DNA of 64,000 nt, from NCBI GenBank assembly GCA_963705105.1, contig CAVPIW010000006.1, positions 544,001 to 608,000 of the forward strand, given 5' to 3'. This document shows positions 1-11,793 of this stretch, in pieces. The translations under genes were made by a program, and so were the position numbers. Under the pieces are notes generated by a model, which did no database searches, was not told the origin of the DNA, and saw only the letters and a list, made by a program, of their open reading frames with translations. Positions within the stretch are counted from its first letter, which is position 1; each line of letters opens with the position of its first letter. The DNA is from an uncultured Nitrospiraceae bacterium. GTDB lineage: Bacteria; Nitrospirota; Thermodesulfovibrionia; Thermodesulfovibrionales; Dissulfurispiraceae.

Positions 1-1501
1 CGATGATCTCTCTCACCTCTTCGAGATGGAGCCTCGGGTCATTCCGCTCAGCAGACCGTTCAATGACGCGTCTGACCTTCTCGACGTCAGGGGTAAAATC
101 GACGAGGATCGCTTCGGGAGTCTCGCGGAGCAGCTTGAGATTGTAGTCGTATTGATACATATAGAGAAAACAACGTATTGCCTGCTCAGGGGCGACGAAG
201 GTCGGTATGCCATGGCTGGTGAGAAACTCCCTGGACAAATCGATCTGTTCCGCCCCGAGGAGAACGGAGAGGATGGGGAGGTCGGGTCGTGCCTTCGACG
301 CAGACGCAATGGACGAGGCGATCTCCCGGGGATTGACGCCCGGATAGGGGAGATAGAGCGCCAGAACGCCGTCCACATCAGGGTCCTTCATGCAGCTCGT
401 CAGGGCATTCTCATATGCTGCAGGCGTAACCTCGGAAAGGAGATGGACGGGATTCTCCGCCCCGGAACCGACGGGAAGACCCGTTCGGATGCCCTCCGTC
501 GTCTCGCGTCCGAGCGTTGCGAGTTCACCTCCCTGGCGCAGGAGGCAGTCGACGACGATGGAAAGGGAACTTCTCGAATTGGTGACGACGGCGAGCCGTT
601 TTCCTCTCGGACGTTTCTGCTTGGCCAAAGCCTCCGTCATATAGTAGAGATCGAGCATTTCATCGATTCTCACGGCGCCGCCCCTCTTCAGGACGGCTTC
701 ATACACCCCGTCTTCAATCTCAGCGGGACCGTGAACACCCGCACCCGTGCCGGCGTGACCGCCATAGGTCCCGGACCTGACGACGATGATCGGTTTCATG
801 TTGGCGAAGCTCCGCAAGGCCGCCAGGAACTTGCGCCCCCTTGTGACGTGCTGCATGAAGAGGATGATCGCCCTCGTCTCCATGTCGAACCCGAGGAAGT
901 CGATGAGATCGGAAAAATCGATGTCCAGTTTATACCCGAGGGAGATGAAATAGCTGAACCCCACGCTCCTGCTGACGGCCCGTTCAAGGAAGGCCGAAGA
1001 AAAGGTGCCGGCCTGGGAAATGAAAGCGATGTTCCCCCTTTGCGGGAGGAGGGGATAGAGGCTGGCGTTGAGATGTTTTGAGGGCCGCAGGAAACCGAGT
1101 GAGTTCGGCCCGAGCATCCTGAACCCGTAGATGGACGACAACTCGGTGATACGGGACTTCAGTGCATCGGGGTCCGCCACGCGGTAATCGAAGTCCGGAG
1201 CAAGAAGCACGACACCCTTCACATCCTTCTGTCCGCACTCGTCGAGGATCTCCGGGAATTCCGAGGGGTCGTTCGCCACAATCGCAAGATCGACGGGATG
1301 CGGGACTGCATTGATATTCCTATGGGCCTCAACACCCTGGATACCGTCAGCGGCGGGATGGATCGGAAAGACGACTCCCCTGAAGCCTTTTCCGACGAGG
1401 TTGCGGAAGACATGGTATCCGAGACGCTTCGGGTCTTCGCTCGCGCCGATGACGGCTATTTTCTTCGGGTTGAAGAAGACATCGAGATGCTTGATCGACA
1501 T
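1..1501 (-). CDS. Acetate--CoA ligase family / Pat-type acetyltransferase N-terminal region (partial, runs off the left edge)
   Basis: Not in the ORF track because no stop lies in the window. Hand-translated segments from ATG at 1501: MSIKHLDVFFNPKKIAVIGASEDPKRLGYHVFRNL...LGPNSLG...GNIAFISQAG...KPIIVVRSG, typical of the CoA-binding and ligase domains of NDP-forming acyl-CoA synthetases. Confidence 0.85.
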   Translation of the reverse strand, partial: MSIKHLDVFFNPKKIAVIGASEDPKRLGYHVFRNLVGKGFRGVVFPIHPAADGIQGVEAHRNINAVPHPVDLAIVANDPSEFPEILDECGQKDVKGVVLLAPDFDYRVADPDALKSRITELSSIYGFRMLGPNSLGFLRPSKHLNASLYPLLPQRGNIAFISQAGTFSSAFLERAVSRSVGFSYFISLGYKLDIDFSDLIDFLGFDMETRAIILFMQHVTRGRKFLAALRSFANMKPIIVVRSGTYGGHAGTGAGVHGPAEIEDGVYEAVLKRGGAVRIDEMLDLYYMTEALAKQKRPRGKRLAVVTNSRSSLSIVVDCLLRQGGELATLGRETTEGIRTGLPVGSGAENPVHLLSEVTPAAYENALTSCMKDPDVDGVLALYLPYPGVNPREIASSIASASKARPDLPILSVLLGAEQIDLSREFLTSHGIPTFVAPEQAIRCFLYMYQYDYNLKLLRETPEAILVDFTPDVEKVRRVIERSAERNDPRLHLEEVREII

Positions 1502-1603
1502 TGACCCGTCCTTTCTGTCGCTACACTTTCAATATAAACGGCTCAGTCTGTCATACGCAAAGCCGCAAAGAACGCAAAGAAAGAAAACAGCATCTACCTT
1601 ATC

Positions 1604-1785
1604 ATTGCATACGCCCGACCGGAAAGACGGGGCGAATGCGCCGAAAAGCATCGGTGCTGCGAAACCTTTGCCTTCCCATGAGGATCAATTCAGGCCAACG
1701 GCTGAAAAAAGTGAACCTTTTACTGACACTCACACTGTCACTGACACTGTTTTGGAGCACTTTGTCCCGCCTTTTCATCCAACTG
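1604..1785 (+). repeat. Intergenic modular repeat, short unit (copy R1)
   Basis: TTGCATACGCC..GGAAAGACGGGGCGAATGCGCCGAAAAGC ... CTGACACTCACACTGTCACTGACACTG ... GTCCCGCCTTTTCATCCAAC; the same motifs recur at many intergenic sites. Confidence 0.85.
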
Positions 1786-1803
1786 GAAGGTATAGTTAGC
1801 GCT

Positions 1804-3090
1804 TTATTTTTCCTTGTTCAGAGCCCTTTCGACGGTCTTGATCGCGCAAAATTCGCCGCACATGCTGCAGACCTCCGCAACCGCCGGCGGCGCTTCGCCG
1901 CGCCATGCCCGGACCCGGTCGGGATCGAAGCTGAGCGCCATCTGCCCCTCCCAGTCGAGGTTTTTCCTGCACCGCGCCATCCTGAGGTCCTTCTCGATCG
2001 CCCCGGGCACTCCCTTCGCGATGTCGGCGGCGTGGGCAGCTATCTTCGACGCGATGACACCTTCGCGGACGTCGTCGACGCCGGGCAGGCGGATGTGCTC
2101 CGACGGCGTCACATAGCAGAGGAAGTCGGCGCCGGCGGCGCCGGCGATCGCTCCCCCGATGGCCGCAGCGATGTGATCGTACCCCATCGCGATGTCGGTG
2201 ACAAGGGGGCCGAGGACATAAAAGGGTGCGCCCTTGCAGATCTCTTTCTGGATCTTGATGTTCAGCTCGACCTGGTTGAGCGGCACATGGCCGGGTCCCT
2301 CGATGATCACCTGCACGCCCGCGTCGACGGCCCTGTCTCGCAGCTCGCCAAGGGTGATCAGTTCGTCGAGCTGGGCCCTGTCCGTGGCGTCGGCAAGGCA
2401 GCCCGGCCTCAATCCGTCGCCGAGGCTGAGAGTCATGTCATAACGCCGCGCAATGTCGAGGAGGCGGTCATACTGCTCATAGAGCGGGTTCTCTCTGCCG
2501 TTGTAAATCATCCACTCCAGGAGGAACGCCCCGCCACGGCTGACCACATCGAGCACCCTCCTGTCTTCCCTGAGGCGTTCGATCGCCCGGAGGGTGACCC
2601 CGCAATGGACCGTCACGAAATCGACGCCGTCCTCTCCGTGTCCTTCGATGACGGAAAACAGGTCGTCGGCGGTCATCTTCGCTATCTGGCCGTGATTTTC
2701 GACAGCCCTGACGACGGACTCATAGATCGGCACCGTCCCGACGGCTATGGGCGATCTGGCGATGAGGTCCCTGCGCATCTCCCTGATCGCGCCGCCTGTG
2801 GAAAGGTCCATCACCGCGTCGGCGCCGTACTTCACGAGGGTATCGAGCTTCAGGATTTCGTCGTCAAAGTTCATCCTGTCTTTCGAGGTGCCGATGTTCG
2901 CGTTGATCTTCGTCCTGAGACGCCTGCCCACACCGAGCGGCGTAATGGGACGAAGCGTGTTCCGCGTGATGACGGTGAATCCCCGGGCGATGTCCGAGGC
3001 AAGCTGTTCCGGTTCAATATGCTCCGCCGTCGCGACGGCCTTCATCTCCTCCGTCACGCCACCCTTTTTTGCATGTTCGATCCGTGTCAT
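1804..3090 (-). CDS. thiC: Phosphomethylpyrimidine synthase ThiC
   Basis: TKINANIGTS, DAVMDLSTGG, SLGDGLRPG, EGPGHVP, CYVTPSEH and C-terminal CSMCGEFCA motifs. Confidence 0.98.
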   Translation of the reverse strand: MTRIEHAKKGGVTEEMKAVATAEHIEPEQLASDIARGFTVITRNTLRPITPLGVGRRLRTKINANIGTSKDRMNFDDEILKLDTLVKYGADAVMDLSTGGAIREMRRDLIARSPIAVGTVPIYESVVRAVENHGQIAKMTADDLFSVIEGHGEDGVDFVTVHCGVTLRAIERLREDRRVLDVVSRGGAFLLEWMIYNGRENPLYEQYDRLLDIARRYDMTLSLGDGLRPGCLADATDRAQLDELITLGELRDRAVDAGVQVIIEGPGHVPLNQVELNIKIQKEICKGAPFYVLGPLVTDIAMGYDHIAAAIGGAIAGAAGADFLCYVTPSEHIRLPGVDDVREGVIASKIAAHAADIAKGVPGAIEKDLRMARCRKNLDWEGQMALSFDPDRVRAWRGEAPPAVAEVCSMCGEFCAIKTVERALNKEK

Positions 3091-3728
3091 TCCTCACTCC
3101 CCCACAGACTGTTAAAACTCTCCGCAGCATGCCTGCGATCCGGCGCCGAAAGGATGCCGCTGATGAGAGCTATGCCGTTTACGCCTGTCTCCATGACTTC
3201 CCTCACGTTGTCCGATTTTATCCCGCCTATGCCGAACATCGGCACCGATACACGTTCCCTTACCGCCCTCACGGTCTCAAGTCCGATGGGCGCTCCGTAC
3301 CTGAGCTTCGACGGAGTCGGGAACACAGGCCCGATCGTTATGAAATCCGCCTTCTCCTCCTCCGCCTGCAGGGCCTCTTCGACGGAGTGCGTCGAAACCC
3401 CGATGAGCATGTCATCAGGCAGGACCTTTCTGACGGCGCGGACAGGCATGCCTGCCTGCCCGAGATGGACCCCCTCCGCCCCGACAGCCAGGGCGATGTC
3501 GGCACGGTCGTTGATGAAGAGCGAAGCGCCGTATCGACCCGTCACATCGCGCATACGATAGGACAGGCTGAGCAGCTCTCTTGTCGGCAGGTCTTTTTCC
3601 CGGACCTGAACAGCCCTGACTCCGCCTTTCAATGCCTCCTCAACCCCTTCCAGGAGTCCGTCGATGCCGCTGAAAAGGCGCCTGTCCGTGATGAGATAGA
3701 CCCTGAAGCCGATGTCCCGGGGCATCAC
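3087..3728 (-). CDS. thiE: Thiamine phosphate synthase (ThiE/TenI family)
   Basis: VQVREKD, INDRADIA, GVHLGQ, IGVSTHS, GPVFPTPSK motifs; lies in the thi operon. Confidence 0.9.
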   Translation of the reverse strand: MMPRDIGFRVYLITDRRLFSGIDGLLEGVEEALKGGVRAVQVREKDLPTRELLSLSYRMRDVTGRYGASLFINDRADIALAVGAEGVHLGQAGMPVRAVRKVLPDDMLIGVSTHSVEEALQAEEEKADFITIGPVFPTPSKLRYGAPIGLETVRAVRERVSVPMFGIGGIKSDNVREVMETGVNGIALISGILSAPDRRHAAESFNSLWGSEE

Positions 3729-3792
3729 CGGCGTCCGAAATAACCTTGTCGCAGCACTCGTCCCGCCTTTCCGTCAATGGCGCCATTGTGTC

Positions 3793-4764
3793 TCAGAGCA
3801 TGCCCTCAATGGGACTGCTCGCCGTTGCGTAGAGCTTTTTCGGTATCCGCCCGGCCCTGAATGCCAGTCTGCCGGCAATGACGGCATGTTTCATCGCATC
3901 GGCCATGGCGATGGGGTCACGAGCGCTTGCAATGGCTGTGTTGATGAGCACGGCGTCACAGCCCAGCTCCATGGCGATCGTCGCATCCGAAGCGGTACCC
4001 ACGCCGGCGTCGACAATGATCGGCACTTTCGCGGCTTCGAGAATGATTTTGATCGTGTAAGGGTTCCTGATGCCAAGCCCTGATCCTATCGGCGCCCCGA
4101 GGGGCATGACGGCGATGGCCCCTGCATCTTCGAGTCTCTTCGCCATGACCGGGTCGTCGTTCGTATAGGGAAAAACGAGAAAGCCCTCTTTCGCAAGGAT
4201 TTCCGTCGCCATCAGGAGGCCGATCGTGTCGGGGAACAGGGTCTTTTCGTCACCGATCACCTCGAGCTTGATCATGTCGGACACACCGGCCTCACGGGCG
4301 AGCCGGGAATACCGCAGGGCATCGTCGACGTTGTAACAGCCCGCCGTGTTCGGCAGAATCTTGTAGACTTTCGGGTCTATATAATCGAGCAGGTTCGGCT
4401 GTTTGCGGTCCGTGATATTGACCCTCCGGACGGCAACGGTCACGACGTCGGCGCCCGACGCCTCGATAGCCCGCGCCGTTTCGTCGAAATCCCTGTATTT
4501 TCCCGTGCCCACCCAGAGCCGGGAGCGAAATTCGATATTCCCTATCACAAGTCTGTCTTCCATGGAACCTCCTCCGCCGACAAAATTGACGACCTCAACG
4601 GCATCTCCGTCGCTGAGCGGCGTCGTGTCAATATCAGCCTTCCTGATCACCTGCATGTTCACCTCAACGGCGACGCGTCCCGGCGTGATCCCGAGGCGAT
4701 TCAGCAGTTCGCCCACAGTCCTGCATTCCGTCTCGTACGACTCGCCGTTGAGCCTCAGTTTCAC
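3793..4764 (-). CDS. thiG: ThiS-ThiG fusion (sulfur carrier plus thiazole synthase)
   Basis: Probable GTG start at 4764. The ThiS part ends EVVNFVGG and continues in frame (GS) into MEDRL...GTGKY...LPNTAGC...IKLEV (ThiG, Met at 4563). Confidence 0.93.
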   Translation of the reverse strand: MKLRLNGESYETECRTVGELLNRLGITPGRVAVEVNMQVIRKADIDTTPLSDGDAVEVVNFVGGGGSMEDRLVIGNIEFRSRLWVGTGKYRDFDETARAIEASGADVVTVAVRRVNITDRKQPNLLDYIDPKVYKILPNTAGCYNVDDALRYSRLAREAGVSDMIKLEVIGDEKTLFPDTIGLLMATEILAKEGFLVFPYTNDDPVMAKRLEDAGAIAVMPLGAPIGSGLGIRNPYTIKIILEAAKVPIIVDAGVGTASDATIAMELGCDAVLINTAIASARDPIAMADAMKHAVIAGRLAFRAGRIPKKLYATASSPIEGML

Positions 4765-4778
4765 TTTTCCGTCCTCAA

Positions 4779-4809
4779 CAAAAAACCCCTTTCCGGGATG
4801 GGAAGGGGC
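4779..4809 (-). terminator. Intrinsic terminator of the riboswitch expression platform
   Basis: Minus strand GCCCCTTCCCATCCCGGAAAGGGG followed by TTTTTTG, between the aptamer and the thiS start. Confidence 0.75.
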
Positions 4810-4827
4810 ATCTGTGCGTCTATGCAT

Positions 4828-4917
4828 CCCGTTCCCTCCGCCGGTATGATCCGGATCAGGTTCGAGGGGTCTTTCCCGCAGAGCGGGAAACTCTCAGGCC
4901 CGCAGCCTCCCCCAGGG
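4828..4917 (-). promoter_or_regulatory. TPP riboswitch
   Basis: Minus strand GGGGGAG..GCCTGAGAG...ACCCCTCGAACCTGATCCGGATCATACCGGCGGAGGGAA matches the THI-box consensus, directly upstream of the thi genes. Confidence 0.95.
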
Positions 4918-5006
4918 TTTTTATTATTATACAATGTTTCCCCTGCTGGTGCATAATAAAGCTGAATGTTGTTTCCGAAGCTTGGTTGCAGGAGGTTTGG
5001 ATCACA

Positions 5007-5462
5007 ATGATCAGCAGGAGAATCATCATGGCAGTCTTGATGTGTATCGCCACATTCGGCGTGGCCGACGCGTTTTCAGAGATCCGCTGGATTACGCTCA
5101 AAGAGGGCATGGAGAAAGCCCGGGTGGAGCGGAAGCCCGTCATCGTCGATTTCTTTTACGGGAAAGGCTGCCGCCGCTGCGAAGTGCTGGAAAAAACGGT
5201 GTACGGCAACGCCGCCATTATACAAAAGGTGGGGGATCACTTTGTCGCCGTCAGGATCGATCTCACGAAAAAGCTGTCCGCCGAAGAGGAAGAACTCGGG
5301 AAAACCTATGATTTCAGGGACGATTGTCTCCTTCTCTTCCTCGACCATACCGGCGAGGTCATGAAAGACGTGAGCGGCAAGAGACTCTGCTTCATCGATG
5401 CCGTTGACCCGGAATGGTTTGACCGGTACCTGGACATGGTGCGTGAGCGTTACAGGCGGTGA
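5007..5462 (+). CDS. Exported thioredoxin-fold protein
   Basis: Signal peptide, W...EGMEKARVERKPVIVDF, CRRC motif; AGGAGG upstream of ATG 5007. Confidence 0.8.
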   Translation: MISRRIIMAVLMCIATFGVADAFSEIRWITLKEGMEKARVERKPVIVDFFYGKGCRRCEVLEKTVYGNAAIIQKVGDHFVAVRIDLTKKLSAEEEELGKTYDFRDDCLLLFLDHTGEVMKDVSGKRLCFIDAVDPEWFDRYLDMVRERYRR

Positions 5463-5492
5463 ACGTTCCGCCGCATCAGCCCTTGTTATTCG

Positions 5493-5520
5493 TTGACAAA
5501 GGGTGTATATTTCATATAAC
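5493..5520 (+). promoter_or_regulatory. Putative sigma70 promoter for glyQS
   Basis: TTGACA-N16-TATAAC. Confidence 0.55.
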
Positions 5521-5591
5521 ATTTGTATCCACATGCGGTCCCAGCGCGGAACACGACACCCGATGGAGACTTGCTGCCGTGTTTAATCCCA

Positions 5592-6470
<879 letters not shown>

Positions 6471-8552
6471 ATGCAGAATAACATGGAATTCTCGCAGAGC
6501 GCCTCTCTCCTGCTCGTGGAGCTCGGAACGGAAGAGATTCCCGCCCGGTTTCTTCCCGAGGCGATCGCAAAGCTGCGTGAAAACGGAGAGCGGCTCTTCG
6601 CCGAATACCGCCTTTCCGTATCGACTCTTAAGGCCTATGCGACGCCCCGCCGGCTTACTCTCCTGGCGGACGTTGATCCTGTCCAGACGGCGGTGGAGAG
6701 GGAAGTCTGGGGACCTCCCGTCTCCGCGGCCTTTGACGAAACCGGCAACCCGACGAAGGCGGCGGAGGCCTTCGCGAAGGCGCAGGGCGTCCCTATCGAT
6801 TCTCTTCAGCGCAGGGAGAAGGGCAAGGGCGCGTACATCGTGGCCTCGGTGAAAGAGGAGGCCCGGCCGGCGACGGACGTGCTGCCGGAGATCCTGACGA
6901 AGCTCATCCTTTCCCTGAACTTCCCGAAATCAATGCGCTGGGGCGACAGCGATTTCAGGTTCGTCCGGCCCATACACTGGATCCTGAGCCTCTACAACAA
7001 TGAAAAGGTCGTATTCGAGATCCGGGACCTGCAGAGCGGCAGCACGACGCGCGGACACCGGTTCCTCTCTCCCGCCTCCTTCGAGATCAGGGACATCAGA
7101 GCGTACATAAACCTCCTGCGCAACAACTATGTCATTCTCGACCCCGAAGAGCGGGTCCGCATGATCCTTGAGGGATCGAACAGGCTGGCCGCCTCGGTGA
7201 ACGCCGTGCTCGTCCAGGACGACGAACTGCTGAACCATGTCTCCTTCCTCATCGAGTATCCCGTGCCCGTGCTCGGGACCTTTCCCTTCGAGTACCTCGC
7301 CCTGCCGAGGGAGCTGCTCATCACCGTCATGAAGGGTCACCAGAAATACTTCGCCCTGGAAGACAGGTACGGCAAGCTTTCCAACTCCTTCATCATAGTC
7401 AGCAATACCAAGCCGGACAATGCCGAAACCGTCCGGAGAGGGGCGGAGCGGGTCATCAAGGCGCGCTTCGAGGATGCCCGGTTCTATTTCGAGGAAGACC
7501 GGCGTGTGCCTCTCATGGAGCGACTTGAGGGGCTGAAAAAGGTGATTTATCATGAGCGACTCGGCAGCATTCATGCCAAGACGCTCCGGATAGACTCCCT
7601 GGCCGGGTTTATTGCCGAACGGTGCCATCCCGGCAGGAAAGAGGACATTCATACGGCGGCCCTTCTCACAAAGACGGACCTCATCAGCGGCGTCGTCAGG
7701 GAATTCCCTGAGTTGCAGGGCATCATGGGCGGGTATTACGCGCGGCTGGAGGGGTACAAAGAGGATGTCGCCCGGGCCGTGTCGGAACATTACCGTCCCG
7801 CCTTCTCGGGTGACAAGGTCCCTGAGACGGACATCGGCGCCGTCGTCAGCCTTGCGGACAAATGCGATAATCTTGCTTCATTTTTCATGCTCGGGCTCAC
7901 GCCGACGGGCACTGAAGACCCCTTCGCCCTGAGGCGCCAGGCTCTCAGCTCGCTGGCCATCCTGATCCAGAGAAGGCTCGACATCTCTCTTGAAGAGATA
8001 CTTTCCAAAGCCCTGGAACCATACAGCATCGACAACAGGGACGCTATCGTCGACCAGTTGATCGCCTTCATCGCCCAGAGGGCGGAGCACTACTTCCAGT
8101 CCGAAGGGTTCCCTCAAGACGTCGTGGCCGCCGTGATGGGTCACCTGAGGAACAGGCCTCTCCACAGGGTGATTGAGACCCTTGCCGCCCTGAAGACCTT
8201 CAGGGAAGACCCCGGCTGCGCGCCGTTCCTGCTCGTCATGAAGAGGGTGAACAACATTGCGCCTCGGGAAGAGATGCCGGAGGTGTCACCGGCCCTTTTC
8301 GTGGAGAATGAAGAGAGGGTCCTGTGGGAGCGCCTCGGGATGGTGAAAACGGGGCTTCCGGCAGCGATAGCATCACACGATGACAAGGCGGCCATCGACC
8401 TCCTGGCGACACTTCAGGAACCCGTCAACCTGTTTTTCGACAAAGTCCTCATCATGGATAAGAGGGATGAGGTAAAGAGGAACCGCCTGTCGCTCCTCAG
8501 GCAGATCCTGGACCTCTCGATCCGGGTCGCAGACTTTTCAAAGCTCTCCTGA
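6471..8552 (+). CDS. glyS: Glycine--tRNA ligase beta subunit
   Basis: ELGTEEIP, TPRRL, PKSMRW, FPELQGIMG, DPFALRR; directly follows glyQ. Confidence 0.97.
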   Translation: MQNNMEFSQSASLLLVELGTEEIPARFLPEAIAKLRENGERLFAEYRLSVSTLKAYATPRRLTLLADVDPVQTAVEREVWGPPVSAAFDETGNPTKAAEAFAKAQGVPIDSLQRREKGKGAYIVASVKEEARPATDVLPEILTKLILSLNFPKSMRWGDSDFRFVRPIHWILSLYNNEKVVFEIRDLQSGSTTRGHRFLSPASFEIRDIRAYINLLRNNYVILDPEERVRMILEGSNRLAASVNAVLVQDDELLNHVSFLIEYPVPVLGTFPFEYLALPRELLITVMKGHQKYFALEDRYGKLSNSFIIVSNTKPDNAETVRRGAERVIKARFEDARFYFEEDRRVPLMERLEGLKKVIYHERLGSIHAKTLRIDSLAGFIAERCHPGRKEDIHTAALLTKTDLISGVVREFPELQGIMGGYYARLEGYKEDVARAVSEHYRPAFSGDKVPETDIGAVVSLADKCDNLASFFMLGLTPTGTEDPFALRRQALSSLAILIQRRLDISLEEILSKALEPYSIDNRDAIVDQLIAFIAQRAEHYFQSEGFPQDVVAAVMGHLRNRPLHRVIETLAALKTFREDPGCAPFLLVMKRVNNIAPREEMPEVSPALFVENEERVLWERLGMVKTGLPAAIASHDDKAAIDLLATLQEPVNLFFDKVLIMDKRDEVKRNRLSLLRQILDLSIRVADFSKLS

Positions 8553-8931
8553 TCATTAGATCTGCGCAGTTCGCGTTCCTCGTGCACCGCAGAGTGCATC
8601 GCCTGTCAATGTCACTGTCTTCCTTACCTCTTCCTGTTCCTTGAACTGTCAGCGCGCAAACCTTACGACACTGCAAGCACTTTCTTCTTGACCGCCACTG
8701 ACCATTCGAAATATAAAATATTTAATTACTATTATGACTCATGTTAGACAAAATAATGTATTACATTGTACAACATACTATTTGCCGTTTTTTACGAATA
8801 CGTTAACTCAAGTAGTTACTCTTTATGTGAAATCTGTTTTTTATTTAGAAGTATGAAAATTGCCGGAGTTATCGAGTTAACTATGTAAGAAATCTTTCGC
8901 GGCGGCTTAACTGCCTCATTAGTTTCTCGAA

Positions 8932-10004
8932 ATGGATACGATCGATGACTCTAAGTCTTTTCATATTAATGACGCTTGCGAGCGAATTTGACGACATCTA
9001 CGAGTATTTAATTCGATTTGCAGTCGGTGATTCTTTATTCGATGTTGTTCGCGCGTATGATATTCGTAATCAGCGGAATATCCTTGCCGACATAGTGCAA
9101 GCTATTACCGATTCTGATTTGATCATTGCTGATCTGTCCACGGCCAATGCAAACGTTTATTAAGAACTCTGCCTTGCACATGCCTTTGGCAAGCATCTAA
9201 TTCTCCTCGCTCAAGATATTGAGGAAGTGCCTTTTTACCTTCGCTCCTATCGATTATTGACCTATAAGACCCATTTCTCCAACATCAATGAGGCAAGAGA
9301 AGAACTGATACAATTGGCTCTTGGCGCTCGGGATATTACCGTTCAATTTGGAAGTCCGTTGTCAGACTTCCGCGCACTATCCGGACCCATGGCCACCCCG
9401 ATAATTTCCGTTGCTGAGCAAGGTATTACAGTAACGAAGGACGATCGTGGCTTTCTCGATTTTCAGAATGATCTCAAAGACAGTTTTGAAGTAATTACGA
9501 ATGTGCTCGTGGAATTTATCACTCGTTCCAGTCGCTTAACTCTGAGATCGTGACGACTAGAGAACAGCTGCAAGACTCAGCCAATACGTCTTCCAAGAAA
9601 CGCAGGGTAATAGTTCGCGCCCTCGCATCCTCGTTGGAGGAGTACGCAAAGTGTCTGCGCGGAGGCAATACTCAATATCGCAAGGCGTTGGCTCGAATCA
9701 GCGAGACTCTCAACGCTTTGTTCATTGTAGATTTCGAAATAGAAAAGGACGCTTTGCCGCAACTGCGCGCATTTATATCAACGATGCGCAGCATTGAGCA
9801 ACAAGCACATGCATTACGTGAAACGTTTTATGGCCTTGTCGGCACAATGGAAAGATTGCCACGGATCGAGAAGGAATTTAATCGCGCGAAGCGGTATATG
9901 GCGTAAGAATTAAAGGAACTACTGAACAATATTGAGCAAACGGTATCAGCCTTGGCGAAGGCGCGTAATGCATCAACGCAGCTTCTTAGCGACAACGAAA
10001 TCTA
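8932..10004 (+). pseudogene. Nucleoside 2-deoxyribosyltransferase-like (TIR-related fold) protein with helical C-terminus, disrupted
   Basis: IVQAITDSDLIIADLSTANANVY*ELCLAHAFGKHLILLAQDIEEVPFYLRSYRLLTY matches the ADxxxxNxNVxYELGxAHAxxK...PFD family pattern. Stop at 9161, frame break near 9550, stop at 9904, final TAA at 10002-10004. Confidence 0.75.
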
Positions 10005-10115
10005 ACTTTAAGTCGAACAGACGTTCCGCAGGCGCCGCGCGCTTCAGGAACGCAAAAATTAATTGAATAATCATGGCGCCACCGCAATCAGTTTACGCAG
10101 CGGAAGCTCAAATAG
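9998..10115 (+). other. Degenerate attC-like site
   Basis: ATCTAAC overlaps the gene stop, followed by TTCCGC...GCGGAA inverted arms; no clean GTTRRRY end. Confidence 0.35.
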
Positions 10116-11793
10116 ATCAATCAGAAAATTAAGAAATACTATCAAGTGAAAGCGAATCAAGGGCAAGAGCAAATTATTCTGTAAATACGACTTTGTTGAC
10201 ATGCAGTAGTCCACATTTTTTTAAGAAACTTCATGGTCGGCAATTGAATGACCCTCAAAGACTTTGTAAGCATCTCGTCAAAGCCCTCACTATTAGTGGC
10301 ATTCCGGACTATTTAAAACAATATAGCGAAGACATACACTAGTTTGCTCAACACAATGTTGCATTTACAACGAGAGAAAATGCACTTAAAAGCAAGAAAT
10401 GGGACAAAAAGTTTCCGATATCAGACTGCAGCATTAAAACGACCAAATCAGCGAAAAAGAAAAAGTATCATTACATTGAAGGCATTGGAGACGAAAAGAA
10501 AATCTAGGCGAATCTTCTACTATCTGAAGGTGCTATCTCTTTTACCATAAGTAATTTTCATGGGAGTTATGACCTGAATTCTCAAGCAAGTCATATTCAT
10601 TGGAATTATAGAGACATGGAGCAAGCAGTCATTAATTGGATAAATGGACGAATACAACAGAACGAAAAAAGATGACGCTCCAGTGGCTACAAAGAGAACT
10701 ATAGTAAAGAAGCTTAATCCTGAACCAATCTTCGTGAGCAGCATGAAAACAATTGCTACTGAAAAAGTCGATACGTCATCGGGTCTCTTGGAGTTGCCCG
10801 ACGGACTTATCCATGCGATTTGATGAAATCAAGAAATATGATGATGTCATAGGCGGTATCGAACGCAATAAGGTCAATACTTACATTTCAAATACAAGTA
10901 ATTTGCTAATATATTCCATCAATGAAGCATGAACATATTACTATAACGTTTGTCCTTCGTCAGCCACATCAGAGATTAGCTTACCCGAAGCAGGCATCTC
11001 GTCACCACTGCGGTTCGTTATAACAATTGACGGCGCAGATAACTTTCCCAAGAACTTTCTTTTCATGGAAAAAGCAGTTAAGCAGTGGCTCACAGATGAA
11101 TACAACAAAATTAGAAACACTGAAATCTGAAAACAAAGATGAAGACAGCGTACAATCGGTTAAGGGACGGCGTTTCGCCGTCCCTCCCCACACCACTTGG
11201 CTTGCGGGTACGCACCGGGCGGTCTGTGGAAATCATCGGGCCATAGCCGGATTGAATCCAAATCTGCAATGAACACAAGCGCTCTCACGGAGACCAGATC
11301 GGCGTGAAAGCATTCCCTACGCGCCGATGTTCAGTTCCTTAGGTTGGTTTCAGCGCCGATATGGAACTCTTTGGGTGCACCAGCTCATTTCCACGTTCGG
11401 GCCTTCCTTCCGGGTTGCGGGAAGCAATCATGCCGTCTGCTGAATTCTGCGTGCTGACCGGATATGTTTCCACATCCGGCGCTCCGGGAATGCTCATGAG
11501 ATGCTGTCTGCTTTGTGTTTCCCTGAAGGGGCTCATATCCGGCCACAGCAGCAGGGTATGCCGGGTCATTGATCAACCGGATAGCGCTCGTCCGGATTCT
11601 GCTCATGAATCTCCTGTCGCATGACGCGCTTATCTCCCCGGATAAGAGCGTGAACTTTCTGTGCACAACCGCCGCATTTACCCTATCCCCTGAACCTGCG
11701 GGCTTCGTTGTGTTGTGCCAACTCGCCCGGGGACTGAGCCTTGTATGCGGTGTCTGTCCGTCGGATCAAGTCCAGGGAAGGCTCCAGCTCGCA

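Noticed and set aside
1501..3561. 686-aa + strand ORF, and similar long ORFs at 26..1081, 11905..12798, 19895..21007 and 54980..56353
   Set aside because: Antisense shadows of well-supported genes in GC-rich DNA; no recognisable motifs.
5463..5591. T-box or glycine riboswitch upstream of glyQS
   Set aside because: The leader is too short and I saw no T-box or aptamer consensus.
10120..11150. Short ORFs in the AT-rich stretch
   Set aside because: Fragmented with no recognisable motifs; probably decayed cassette DNA that cannot be assigned by eye.
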